NCBI GenBank assembly: GCA_964389675.1
Contig: CAYMEV010000003.1
Location: forward strand, 129,109 to 193,108
Source of the DNA: an uncultured Candidatus Sumerlaeota bacterium
GTDB lineage: Bacteria; CAYMEV01
Reading direction: 5' to 3'
DNA length: 64,000 nucleotides
Below are positions 1 through 10,053 of the stretch, one piece after another. The translations under genes and the position numbers were made by a program. The notes beneath the pieces are model-generated. The model searched no databases. It was not told where the DNA came from and was given only the letters and a program-made list of their open reading frames with translations. How positions within the stretch are numbered: position 1 is the first letter of the stretch; the number at the start of each line of letters is the position of its first letter.

Positions 1-1
1 C

Positions 2-2173
2 AATGCTGACCCGGTTATAGACTGCCTTTCCAGTTCAAATCACTATATAAAGGAAAAGGCGGCGAAAATACTGGGAAGAATAAAAGCTGAAAAAGCAGTA
101 GAGCCTTTAATCGGCCTGCTTCAGGATGAGAACAGGAATGTCAGGGAAAGGGCCGCCCTTGCATTAGGCTGTATTGGTGATAAGAAGGCGCTATCCTGTC
201 TTATACAGGTTTCAGAGGATGAGGATGATTATGTAAGGGAAGCAGCCGTCTGGTCATTAGGCGAGCTGGGTGATGACAGTACATTCTCCTGCCTTATTTC
301 CAGGGTCAATGACAAGGACGGGTATGTATCCCGGAAAGCCGTTGAATCACTGCAGAAAATAATTAAGGCGGACCCTGAGTCGATTATTCATATACGTGAG
401 CTGCTGATGTCAGGCAGCCTGGAGGAAGGAGATATTATCTCCATGCTGAAAAGAATTCTGAAAGACCAGGAGGAAATTAACATAGTAATGGAGCAGATGA
501 AAGAAAAGGATGATTATATATCCGGAAAGATAAACCTTGATATAAAGCTGAAAGATATGCTTAAGGAACACAGGGGAATATGTGAGGATCTTTCAAGAAA
601 GGACCTCATAATGAGCACCATTAAAAACAAAGAAGGTGTAATAACTGCAGCGGGCAGGATTGCGACATGGACCAGGCCTGAATCAACAGGAAGAAGCCCG
701 AAGGATACTATGATAGTCAAGAGGGAAGAAAGCCAGGATGAAATTGACTGGTCTTCACCAAACAATAACCCTGTAAGCCCTGAGACTTTCGATATGATTT
801 ACGATGATGCCATCTCCATGCTTAAGGATAGCGGGAAAATATATATTACCAACCGCTCAATAGGCGCAGATACAAAATACAATCTTTTTATTAAGACTAT
901 TACAGATAACAGCCTGACAGCGCTTTTTACGCTCAATATGTTCCTTCCTGTACCGGATGATTTCAAAGACAGCGTCTTTTTTGAGAAGGAGTTCGTGCTT
1001 ATAGTCCTTCCGGACAATAAACTGGATAAGAAGAAATACAAAGGCATCCTCAGGAAGCTTCCGGACGGCAGTACATCTGATATGGCGATCGTAATGGACT
1101 ATGACAGAAGGATTGGAGTGATAATAGGGTCTGCTTACCTTGGAAGTGTAAAGAAACTGATTTTTACTGTAATGAATTATTATCTTCCTGCTGAAGGCGC
1201 CCTGCCATTGCACTGCTCAGCAAATGAAGGGCCGGAAGGAGACACAACGCTTTTTCTCGGACTCAGCGGGACAGGGAAAACCACACTCTCGACAGATCCG
1301 GAAAGGCAGCTGATCGGAGATGATGAACATGGCTGGACAGACTCAGGCATATTTAATTTTGAAAATGGCTGTTATGCAAAGCTCATTAATCTGAATGCTG
1401 AAAAAGAGCCTGAGATTTACAGCGCAGTTATGTCAGAGATGGATTACAGGGAATGCGGAACGATAGTTGAAAATGCAATGATCTACCCTGACGGGACACT
1501 TGATCTGGATGATGAAAGGCTGACCCCTAATTCAAGGCTCAGTTTCCCTCTGGTAATGCTTTCAAATACCAAAAAGCCTTCAACAGGCAGCCACCCGAAA
1601 GCCATAGTGTTCCTGACTGCAGATGCCTACGGGGTGCTTCCTCCCGTTTCAAAGCTTGATAAAGATCAGGCCATGCTCTGGTTCCTGATGGGTTATACAA
1701 GCAAGCTGGCCGGTACAGAGACAGGCATTGTGGAACCGGTAGCCACATTTTCAAGGTTTTTCGGCGAACCCTTTATGCCAAGGAACCCAAATGTATATGC
1801 AAGTATGCTGGGTGAGAAACTTGAAAAGCACGGGTCTTCAGCATTCCTTATAAATACAGGATGGACCGGGGGCAAATATGGCATAGGTAAAAGGATAGAC
1901 ATAAGCCATACAAGGGCAATGATACGCGCAGCATTGACAGGAAAGCTTGATGATGCTGACTGTACACTGAATAAGATGTTTCACCTTAATATCCCTAAGA
2001 ACTGCCCGGGTGTGCCTAAAAGAATGCTGAATCCAAGGACTACATGGAAAGATAAGGAACTGTACACAAAGACTGCTGAGAAACTGGCAAAGGCTTTTTC
2101 TGACCATTTTGACAAGGCATATGGCGATAAGGGGATAGCTCCGGAAATTATTGCTCAGTGTCCAGGAAAATAG
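2..2173 (+). CDS. pckA: HEAT/PBS-lyase-repeat domain fused in frame to phosphoenolpyruvate carboxykinase (ATP); 5'-truncated by window edge
   Basis: The frame is open from nt 2 to the stop at 2173 (407 = 2+3x135). Nt 2-400 translate to HEAT repeats (KEKAAKILGRIKAEKAVEPLIGLLQDENRNVRERAALALGCIGDKKAL...). PEPCK motifs follow: TGRSPKD, LHCSAN, GLSGTGKTTLS, LIGDDEHGW, GCYAK, FLTADAYGVLPP. Confidence 0.92.
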   Translation, partial: NADPVIDCLSSSNHYIKEKAAKILGRIKAEKAVEPLIGLLQDENRNVRERAALALGCIGDKKALSCLIQVSEDEDDYVREAAVWSLGELGDDSTFSCLISRVNDKDGYVSRKAVESLQKIIKADPESIIHIRELLMSGSLEEGDIISMLKRILKDQEEINIVMEQMKEKDDYISGKINLDIKLKDMLKEHRGICEDLSRKDLIMSTIKNKEGVITAAGRIATWTRPESTGRSPKDTMIVKREESQDEIDWSSPNNNPVSPETFDMIYDDAISMLKDSGKIYITNRSIGADTKYNLFIKTITDNSLTALFTLNMFLPVPDDFKDSVFFEKEFVLIVLPDNKLDKKKYKGILRKLPDGSTSDMAIVMDYDRRIGVIIGSAYLGSVKKLIFTVMNYYLPAEGALPLHCSANEGPEGDTTLFLGLSGTGKTTLSTDPERQLIGDDEHGWTDSGIFNFENGCYAKLINLNAEKEPEIYSAVMSEMDYRECGTIVENAMIYPDGTLDLDDERLTPNSRLSFPLVMLSNTKKPSTGSHPKAIVFLTADAYGVLPPVSKLDKDQAMLWFLMGYTSKLAGTETGIVEPVATFSRFFGEPFMPRNPNVYASMLGEKLEKHGSSAFLINTGWTGGKYGIGKRIDISHTRAMIRAALTGKLDDADCTLNKMFHLNIPKNCPGVPKRMLNPRTTWKDKELYTKTAEKLAKAFSDHFDKAYGDKGIAPEIIAQCPGK

Positions 2174-2180
2174 CCCTTTT

Positions 2181-5100
2181 TCAGGCAGGCTTTATAGTAC
2201 TGTAGTACTGGCGGAAAACTGCATCTGCATCCCTGTAGGGGATATAGCCGTCTGCCTTTTTGATCTTATCCAGCATGGTGCTGAAATGAATATTATCCGA
2301 AAGTATAGGTGCATATCCGAGTATTATCAAATGCTGTTTTGCCCTTGAGACGGCCACGTTCAGCTTTCTGTCAACCTTGCTCCGGTTAATGTCATTCTCT
2401 GTAACATTGCTTATAAGGTTCAGCTGAGATTTGTGGCACAGAGCCAGTGAAAATACTATTATATCCCTTTCGGAACCCTGGAAACGCTCAACTGTATCAA
2501 CTGTAACCAGACGGGATAATTCTTCGGGAAGCAGTTTTTTTATCTCATTAGCCTGTGCCCTCCATGGGGTAATAACGCCTATGGTGTTCCGGGAGAACTC
2601 TTTACTGAAGGTTTCATGAATGGTCCTTATTATCAGAACTGTCCTCCTCGCTTCCTCAATATTTGTCTTTGGCGTTCCCTCAATCCTTGATTCAATGAAG
2701 ACAGTCCTCGAAAGCCCCAGTATCCTGCTGATGTCATTCAGCTGGGTATCCCTGAAAATATTGCTTTTCTGAACCTGGACATCCAGTTTGCTCACAAGCT
2801 TATTATCATAATAGCAGTTAATAAGGCCTGCAATGCTTTCATGCATCCTGTACTGATCCTGAAGCATTGCTGTACAGCAATTCCAGCCATTTTTCATATT
2901 TATCCGGTACAGCCTTTCAAATAATGAGCTTCTCAGGTCCTCTATGCCAATCGATTTTAAAAGCTGATTCTCTATAATACATCCGCTGTCTTCCTGTACG
3001 GATATTGCAGGAAGCTGATTCTGGTCGCCTATAAGAAAAAACCTCTTAAAATGGATCAGGATTCCAATAAGCTGGGGTTCAAGCAGCTGTGAGGATTCAT
3101 CCACAATTACAGAATCGAACTGCTTTATATTGAGGATCTCATTTTTCCTTGAGTTAAATGTGCTTGCTGTTGAGACTATTATTTTTGTATTCTTCAGGAT
3201 TTCCTTCACATCTTTCAGCTTTTTCCCCTTTATCAGATTTGAGAGGACATAATCCTCACCGGACTGACTGCTTCCGAGTCTGATAAAATCAATCCCGTTT
3301 TCCTTTAACTTATTGCATATCTCATTTACTGCCCTGTTTGTGAAAGCTAAAACTGCAATTGTCTCACTGAAATAGGATGTCAGGATACTGGCTAGATTCA
3401 GAAGTATTATCGAGGTTTTTCCAGTGCCCGGGGGGCCCTGAAGAAGAAAATAGTCCCTGGCTTTTATCATCTTTTTAAGTATTGAGCTTTGAATATCTGT
3501 GATCATATTTTTGTCTTTTAGCGACTGGAGATACTGGTCAGCAAAGGCGTATGGTCTATTGCCTGCAAAGTTTGAATGATCGATCAGTCCCGGCTGTCTT
3601 ATACCCAGCAGGAGATCCTTTGTCTCCCTTTTTGCGCCAAGGAAGTCAAATAGTGACTGGCAGAGAGTATAATTTCCGGACTCAAAGAAATCATGCTCAA
3701 TAACCCAGAATTCATCCTTTTTGAGCTCACCTGTAATATTAAGCTTGTTCCGGATTTTCAGCTTAAGGCTTTTCTCATCAATAGAATTTATAAAACCCCT
3801 TATTATCTCTCTGTCAAGGGGGAAACTGTTGTCCTTCTGCTGAGGGTAAAGCACTGCAATATCTCCCTCCCTGAAATTGGAGACAGTACTGCTCTTTATC
3901 CTGAAGCTGAATTCATCGGTATTATCATCAAAATCCAGGTATTCAAGCTGGTCAATGATATTATAGGTTGATCTCTTTGTTTCGAAATCAGCTTTCCATA
4001 ACTGGGAAAAACCCTCATAATGGCCTGAATCAATATCCTCAAAGCCAATTTTCGATGCAATAAGCTCCCTGAACAAAAATGAGATAAATTCCCTGTAATA
4101 TTCCTTATCAAGTTTATCTGCATTATTATAGCAGTAATTAAACAGTAATATTTCATCCTCTTTATATCCCGGATAATCGCCAAACTCCCTATTGTTTATC
4201 TTTGCAAGGCACCTGTGGTTTCCTTCTGCTATTTCCCAGACAGCCGATACTATCTGGTTTCTTATCATTACTATATCCTTCTCATAGCTTGCTATGCATG
4301 CAACATTTCTTATCGGGTTTACCGCATTCCCGGAGTAGAGTATGCAGCTGCTTCCCCTGCGGCCTTTGCTGTAAAGGTTTTTCAGCAGCATATCGTAGCA
4401 TACGACCTGCATTTTGTGATTCTCCCATACTCCGTAATCTGGGGATGATCCGCTCTTTAATTCAATTATATCCGCTTTCCCGCTGTCCCCTTTATAGGAT
4501 ATCAATGCATCCAGCCTTCCCTGGAGGCCGTATTCTGTTGAAAGAAAAGACGGTTCAAGCTTTATTGCCTTGTTCTCAATATCATTTCTTATGATATCTT
4601 TAATGGCCCTTTTTAGATTATTATAGTGATAGGATTTAATGTTTTTCATTATTTCACTGATAGTTTTGAATCCTAATGATAAGGAAAGAAGTATGCTCTG
4701 AAAAACACTTTCTTTGATTATGCCGTCAAGGTCAGAATCCGGATTGAATATCAGCTCATCAAATATGTCATTTACTATTTTGCCCTGCAGCATTGCTCTG
4801 GTTGTTTTTGAAGCAATGATCTTGGAAAGCAGAAAAAGCATGTAATTGGATTCATGGCCGCTGAAGCATCCCGCAATATCAGTTACATCTGTCAGAAAAT
4901 CCGGTTCCAGGACTATAAGGGTCTGGGGAATAACGGAATATATATTATCCCTGGTATTCTTAATATTAAAGATGTTTATACTGGAGTATTTCCTTGCAAG
5001 CCTTCCTATTGTCGAGTATCTGTTTCCTATGGTCCTGCCGGCCTGAGGCAGGTCATTGAGAAAGACCCGGAATGTCCCTATATTGTCGTTTTCACATGTC

Positions 5101-5621
5101 AGGATAAAAAGGTCATTTCCATTCTTATCGGTTTTTCTTTCGCTTATATCCGTTACAGTTGCCCTTGCAAAGCTCAGGATTTCAGGATTCTTATATATAT
5201 TCTTTACAGGGAAATCAGCCTTAAATTCCTCTGAATAGGGCTGAAGCTCACCAGGAACTGGAAGCCCGCTGAAAAATGATAATATACTGCAGAGAACACC
5301 AATTACATTTTCATAGTCCTTTTCCCTGATCTCAAAACTGCTTTCATGGGCTACCTTGTTAAGAAAGATCCTGACATTGTGTATATTTGTCTGTATTTCA
5401 CCGGAAAGGCGGAATTTATCCGATATGTACTTTATCCTGCTGAAGGTACTGTCGAAGAATTGCCTTTCTTTTCGGATTATATTTTTGAAAATGCTTTCAA
5501 AAATCTTTCTCAGCTCATATAAGCGGAATTTCAGGTCAATATTGCTGCTCTGGCTTATGTCCGATATTTTCTTGTAATGAAAATCAGCATCTGTTATGTC
5601 CAGGATCCTGTTTATATCCAT
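2181..5621 (-). CDS. Dna2/UPF1-like SF1 helicase with N-terminal RecB-family PD-(D/E)XK nuclease
   Basis: Nuclease motifs GLQGRLDAL...IIELKSG...HKMQVVCY. Helicase motifs QGPPGTGKT, IVDESSQ, GDQNQLP, QYRMH, TVERFQGSERD, LNVAVSRAK. Confidence 0.88.
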   Translation of the reverse strand: MDINRILDITDADFHYKKISDISQSSNIDLKFRLYELRKIFESIFKNIIRKERQFFDSTFSRIKYISDKFRLSGEIQTNIHNVRIFLNKVAHESSFEIREKDYENVIGVLCSILSFFSGLPVPGELQPYSEEFKADFPVKNIYKNPEILSFARATVTDISERKTDKNGNDLFILTCENDNIGTFRVFLNDLPQAGRTIGNRYSTIGRLARKYSSINIFNIKNTRDNIYSVIPQTLIVLEPDFLTDVTDIAGCFSGHESNYMLFLLSKIIASKTTRAMLQGKIVNDIFDELIFNPDSDLDGIIKESVFQSILLSLSLGFKTISEIMKNIKSYHYNNLKRAIKDIIRNDIENKAIKLEPSFLSTEYGLQGRLDALISYKGDSGKADIIELKSGSSPDYGVWENHKMQVVCYDMLLKNLYSKGRRGSSCILYSGNAVNPIRNVACIASYEKDIVMIRNQIVSAVWEIAEGNHRCLAKINNREFGDYPGYKEDEILLFNYCYNNADKLDKEYYREFISFLFRELIASKIGFEDIDSGHYEGFSQLWKADFETKRSTYNIIDQLEYLDFDDNTDEFSFRIKSSTVSNFREGDIAVLYPQQKDNSFPLDREIIRGFINSIDEKSLKLKIRNKLNITGELKKDEFWVIEHDFFESGNYTLCQSLFDFLGAKRETKDLLLGIRQPGLIDHSNFAGNRPYAFADQYLQSLKDKNMITDIQSSILKKMIKARDYFLLQGPPGTGKTSIILLNLASILTSYFSETIAVLAFTNRAVNEICNKLKENGIDFIRLGSSQSGEDYVLSNLIKGKKLKDVKEILKNTKIIVSTASTFNSRKNEILNIKQFDSVIVDESSQLLEPQLIGILIHFKRFFLIGDQNQLPAISVQEDSGCIIENQLLKSIGIEDLRSSLFERLYRINMKNGWNCCTAMLQDQYRMHESIAGLINCYYDNKLVSKLDVQVQKSNIFRDTQLNDISRILGLSRTVFIESRIEGTPKTNIEEARRTVLIIRTIHETFSKEFSRNTIGVITPWRAQANEIKKLLPEELSRLVTVDTVERFQGSERDIIVFSLALCHKSQLNLISNVTENDINRSKVDRKLNVAVSRAKQHLIILGYAPILSDNIHFSTMLDKIKKADGYIPYRDADAVFRQYYSTIKPA

Positions 5622-5622
5622 A

Positions 5623-5877
5623 TTATTTATTCATCACCGGTAAAGGAATGATATTTTCCACCAGGCTTAAGCAGAAATACCAGGCCGGAAATATCGTCAT
5701 TTTTGGAAGCCCTAAAGGCATCTTCCCCGGCCCTCCATATAAGCAGGCAGGGAAATTTGCAAACCTGAGTCTGATTTCGCCGGATTCAGCTGATAAGGGC
5801 AGTATAAGGACAAGGCTGAAAAGGAATGCCTTCGTAAAATTATCTATGATTTTTTCCCTGATCATTTTCAATTCCAA
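5623..5877 (-). CDS. possible small hypothetical protein (signal-peptide-like N-terminus) or gene remnant
   Basis: 84 aa ORF ending immediately before the helicase ATG. KAFLFSLVLILPLSA resembles a signal peptide; no recognisable domain. Confidence 0.25.
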   Translation of the reverse strand: MELKMIREKIIDNFTKAFLFSLVLILPLSAESGEIRLRFANFPACLYGGPGKMPLGLPKMTIFPAWYFCLSLVENIIPLPVMNK

Positions 5878-5989
5878 AGCTGTATCTAAGATATTTTAAT
5901 TTATGCCCATGTCAATATTTATATTATGTCCCGGATTATATTAAACGGCAACTTATCCTTAAGGATTGAAAATTAAATGGCTTTCTGCC

Positions 5990-5998
5990 TGCTATAAT
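5990..5998 (+). promoter_or_regulatory. putative extended -10 promoter element (TGnTATAAT)
   Basis: TGCTATAAT about 40 nt upstream of the 6040 ATG in an AT-rich divergent intergenic region; no well-spaced -35. Confidence 0.45.
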
Positions 5999-6039
5999 AT
6001 ATTGAATGAAATCCGAAAATATATTATTATATTCTTCTA

Positions 6040-9000
6040 ATGATTAACCTGATTCCACACTTTATTGCAGATAATTTCAGGAAGGGTAATCTCAGGGGAT
6101 CTCTGGATGCTTCGGGTATGTTTGTGGATATTTCAGGATTTACAGAACTTACTGAGATCCTTTCTGAAAAGGGAAAAGAGGGTGCTGAGATACTCTCCAA
6201 TCTGATAAAGGATGTATTTACCCCTTCTATCAGGTCAGTCTATAATAGAAATGGTTTTGTGATCAGCTTTGAAGGGGATTCCTTTATCGCTCTCTTTCCG
6301 GAAAGCAGAGAGAATTCTATTTATGCCGCCTCCGAGATAATGGAGCTTTTTGAAAAATATCATCATCGAACGACAAAATTCGGTGATTTTGATATATATG
6401 CCAAAATAGGGCTGTCCTGGGGAAGAACCGAATGGGGAATAGTAGGAAGGGAAAAGAAGACATACTATTTCAAGGGATATGCCATAGACAGCTGTTCACA
6501 GGCCGAAAAGAGATGCAGGTTCCTTGATATCATAATTGATGGTTCCTTATACTCAGACATTTCCGGAATAGTCAAAGCCAAAAAAGTAAGTGATCATCAT
6601 TATAAATTTACAGGTATGAATGCCAGAGAAAGCACAACTGAAAAGAATGAATTAAATGACATTGACCCGGAGGTTTTAAGGAGATTTGTGCCTGATGCCC
6701 TGATTGATGATAAGCCTCTGGATGAACTTAGGGAGATCGCAAGCATATTCATATCCTTCAGGGATATTGACAGAAGCTATGAGGAATTGAGCGGTTTTTC
6801 GGCAGACCTTATTGAGATATCTGCCAAATGGGGAGGATATTTTAATAAGATAGGGTTCAGTGATAAGGGTGGTACTGCCCTTATAAACTTCGGCTGTCTC
6901 GTGTCCTATGAAAAGAATATAGACAGGGCATTGAACTGCATTAAGGAGATCATGGAGATTTACAGGGATAAGGTCAGGGCTGGTGTTACATTCGGAAGGA
7001 TATTCTCGGGATTTATAGGAAGCAGGGAAAGATCATCCTATGATGTTCTCGGGGATGCGGTCAATCTATCAGCAAGGATAGCCATGAAAGCCCCCTGGGG
7101 GAGCATATGGCTTTCAAAAAATGTTGCCGACCATGCAAAAAAAAGCTTTGATTCGGAGATGATAGAGGAATTCCAGTTCAAGGGCAAATCAAACATCGTA
7201 AAGGTCTATGAATTAAGGGAGAAAAAAACAGGCATGCCGTCATTCTTCAGCGGCAGTATGTTCGGAAGGGATCCGGAGCTGGAAGGCCTGCAGGAACTGG
7301 CTGAACCCCTTTATGAAGGCAGGTTCGGAGGCGTAGTATATGTCTACGGTGATGCAGGGATAGGCAAGTCAAGACTGATACACGAGTTTATAAACAATAT
7401 ATCTTATACTGCAAATATATGTTTTATGCAGTGTGACAGTATTATTGCAAAGGCATGGAACCCCATTATCTATTTCCTGAACGCATATTTTGATCAGAAC
7501 CAGCGTGTTTCATATACAGAGAGAGAGGAGCTTTTTGAAAAAGGATTCAGCAGTATTATAGAAAAGATTACAGCTATAAGAGATGAGAGAACCTTGAGCA
7601 TAAAAGAGGAATTATTAAGGACAGTGCCATTTCTTAGGTCTATCCTTTCCCTTGAGGCAAGATCCGATCTTTATGAAAAACTGGATGCAAAAAAAAGATA
7701 TGAAAATACCATATATGCGGTAAAGGAGCTTTTTAAGGCTCTCAGCCTGATCAGACCCGTAATAATCCATCTTGAAGATATGCACATGCTTGACAGTGAA
7801 TCAAGGGGGCTGATCAAGCATCTTACCAGGAATATAAATGATTTTCCCATCATGCTTTTATGCTCAGCCAGGTATAATGATGACGGCTCAATGCCGGAGC
7901 TTGACCTTGAACCCGAAGTAAAGACCGCAAGAATTATCCTCAAGGCAATAACAGACGGATCTGCAGGGCTTCTGATGGGGGAAAAGCTGGGAGAAATGCC
8001 TGACGAGAACCTTTTTGAGTTTATAAAGAGCAAATGCTATAATAACCCCTTCTTTACAGAGCAGTTCTGCCTTTACCTCAAGGAAAACAGCTTTGTATCT
8101 TCCGATGAAGGAATGTATAGAATTACTGAAAAAACAGAGGATGTCCCCTCTGAAATAAACCAGATACTTATTGCCAGGATTGACAGGCTGTCGCCGGAGC
8201 TCAAAGAGCTTCTCAAGATTGCTTCTGTAATGGGTATGGAATTTGACAAGGAAATACTGTTTAAATCACTGGAAACCCTGGATGAGCTGATCAAAATATA
8301 TAAAAACATAGATAAAAGCAGGTTTGATACCGATTCCCTCGAGAAAATACTCCTTTCTGAAAGGGATAATTATCTTCTGGAAGGTAAGAAAAGCAATATA
8401 TGGGAAGGACTGGATGATGTAAGATATGCATTCAAGAACAGCCTTATCAGGGAATCAGCCTATGATATGCAGCTGAGGGAGAGATTGAGATTCCTTCACC
8501 GCACAATAGGGGATACAATAGAATCTATCCTGAATAAAGGAGAAGAGATAAATAAGGAATATTACACTGACCTTGCCTACCACTTTGAAAAAGCGGGAAT
8601 AAATGATAAAGCCGTGGAATATATTGAAAAATCGGCTGATCACCTGAAAGAGACATACAAGAACAAAGAGTCCATGGCTATGTATAAGAAACTGCTTGCA
8701 TATCTGGAGGATAAAGCAAAGACTATTGAAATAAACCTCAAACTGGGCCAGATATATTCCCTTCTGGGTATGACCATTGATGCTGAAGAGCTGTATAAAA
8801 AGAGCATAGATTATTCCCTGGAGATCAATAATAAAGGCCTTGAGGCTGAATCATACTACAGATACGGCATAATCAGGGCTAATACAGGCAAATTCGAAGA
8901 AGCTCTCGATTACTATGAACAAGCAAGGTCCATATTCGAGCAGACAGGCCATAAAGATGGTATAAGAAGGGCCACGGGCAATATGGGGATAGTCTATGGT

Positions 9001-10053
9001 TCCATGGGGCAGTTTGACAAAGCACTGGAATGTGCGGATCTTCAGAAAAAATATGCAGAAGACAGCCGGGACAGGATGGGGGTAGCTATCTCGCTCCAGA
9101 ACATGGGAAGGGTATATTCCTATCAGGGGAAATATGATAAAGCCCTTGATTGTTATACCTATTCAATGCAGATCTTTGAGGAGACAGAGAATAAGATAGC
9201 GATCGGGGTTGTGGCTGCAAATATGGGCGGTATATATATACGCCAGAACAGATTTGAGAAAGTACTGGAGTGTTTTGAGCTTCAAAAGGATATCTCTGAG
9301 GAGACAGGCGACAAACCAGGAATAGGCACTGCTCTTGGAAATATCGGAAGTGTCTATTATATCCAGGCAAATTACAATAAGGCAATTGAATGCTTTGAAC
9401 AGGCAAAAAGGATATCTGAGGAGATCGGGGACAGGAGGGGTATTGGGGTTAATACAGGAAGAAAGGGCCTTGTTTTTGAAGAATGCGGAGAATACCAGAA
9501 GGCGCTGGAATGCTACCAGGAATGGTACCGCATATCCGGAGAGCTTGGAGATAAGATAGGGATTGCCATTTCCACCGGAAGTACCGGAGGCCTGTACCTC
9601 AAGCTTGGAGCCCAGGATAAAGCGCTCAGGCATTTTGACAGGTGTATTGAGATCTTCAATAAGATTAATCTGAGAGACCCGCTGATCCTGGACTGTTATC
9701 TTGGAAAGGCAGCTATACTGCTTGAAAAAGGTGATATCAAACGATCCCTGGAAAGTAATGATACAGGAAGAAAACTGGCTGAGGAAATGAATGATCCAAG
9801 TGCGAATTTCAGGTTCAGGCTTCAGAATTATAAGATAAATGCTGTACATGACAGGGAAGGATCTTTCAGTTCAATGATAAAGCTTCTAAATGAAGCCATA
9901 GATGATGAACAGAGAGCCTCAGTCTATTACGAGCTTTATAATGACAGAAGATCAGTGGATTACAGGAATAAGGCGGTTGCATTATACAAATCACTGTATG
10001 AAAACAAAAAGAAGCATGAGTATAAGCTGAAGATAAAAGAGCTTATGGCATAA
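6040..10053 (+). CDS. tandem class III adenylate/guanylate cyclase - STAND (AAA) ATPase - TPR protein (soluble AC/ADCY10-like architecture)
   Basis: C1 FVDISGFT...FEGDS; C2 FNKIGFSDKGG...YDVLGDAVNLSARI; Walker A GDAGIGKS, Walker B IIHLEDMH; 40-aa TPR array at the C-terminus. Confidence 0.9.
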   Translation: MINLIPHFIADNFRKGNLRGSLDASGMFVDISGFTELTEILSEKGKEGAEILSNLIKDVFTPSIRSVYNRNGFVISFEGDSFIALFPESRENSIYAASEIMELFEKYHHRTTKFGDFDIYAKIGLSWGRTEWGIVGREKKTYYFKGYAIDSCSQAEKRCRFLDIIIDGSLYSDISGIVKAKKVSDHHYKFTGMNARESTTEKNELNDIDPEVLRRFVPDALIDDKPLDELREIASIFISFRDIDRSYEELSGFSADLIEISAKWGGYFNKIGFSDKGGTALINFGCLVSYEKNIDRALNCIKEIMEIYRDKVRAGVTFGRIFSGFIGSRERSSYDVLGDAVNLSARIAMKAPWGSIWLSKNVADHAKKSFDSEMIEEFQFKGKSNIVKVYELREKKTGMPSFFSGSMFGRDPELEGLQELAEPLYEGRFGGVVYVYGDAGIGKSRLIHEFINNISYTANICFMQCDSIIAKAWNPIIYFLNAYFDQNQRVSYTEREELFEKGFSSIIEKITAIRDERTLSIKEELLRTVPFLRSILSLEARSDLYEKLDAKKRYENTIYAVKELFKALSLIRPVIIHLEDMHMLDSESRGLIKHLTRNINDFPIMLLCSARYNDDGSMPELDLEPEVKTARIILKAITDGSAGLLMGEKLGEMPDENLFEFIKSKCYNNPFFTEQFCLYLKENSFVSSDEGMYRITEKTEDVPSEINQILIARIDRLSPELKELLKIASVMGMEFDKEILFKSLETLDELIKIYKNIDKSRFDTDSLEKILLSERDNYLLEGKKSNIWEGLDDVRYAFKNSLIRESAYDMQLRERLRFLHRTIGDTIESILNKGEEINKEYYTDLAYHFEKAGINDKAVEYIEKSADHLKETYKNKESMAMYKKLLAYLEDKAKTIEINLKLGQIYSLLGMTIDAEELYKKSIDYSLEINNKGLEAESYYRYGIIRANTGKFEEALDYYEQARSIFEQTGHKDGIRRATGNMGIVYGSMGQFDKALECADLQKKYAEDSRDRMGVAISLQNMGRVYSYQGKYDKALDCYTYSMQIFEETENKIAIGVVAANMGGIYIRQNRFEKVLECFELQKDISEETGDKPGIGTALGNIGSVYYIQANYNKAIECFEQAKRISEEIGDRRGIGVNTGRKGLVFEECGEYQKALECYQEWYRISGELGDKIGIAISTGSTGGLYLKLGAQDKALRHFDRCIEIFNKINLRDPLILDCYLGKAAILLEKGDIKRSLESNDTGRKLAEEMNDPSANFRFRLQNYKINAVHDREGSFSSMIKLLNEAIDDEQRASVYYELYNDRRSVDYRNKAVALYKSLYENKKKHEYKLKIKELMA

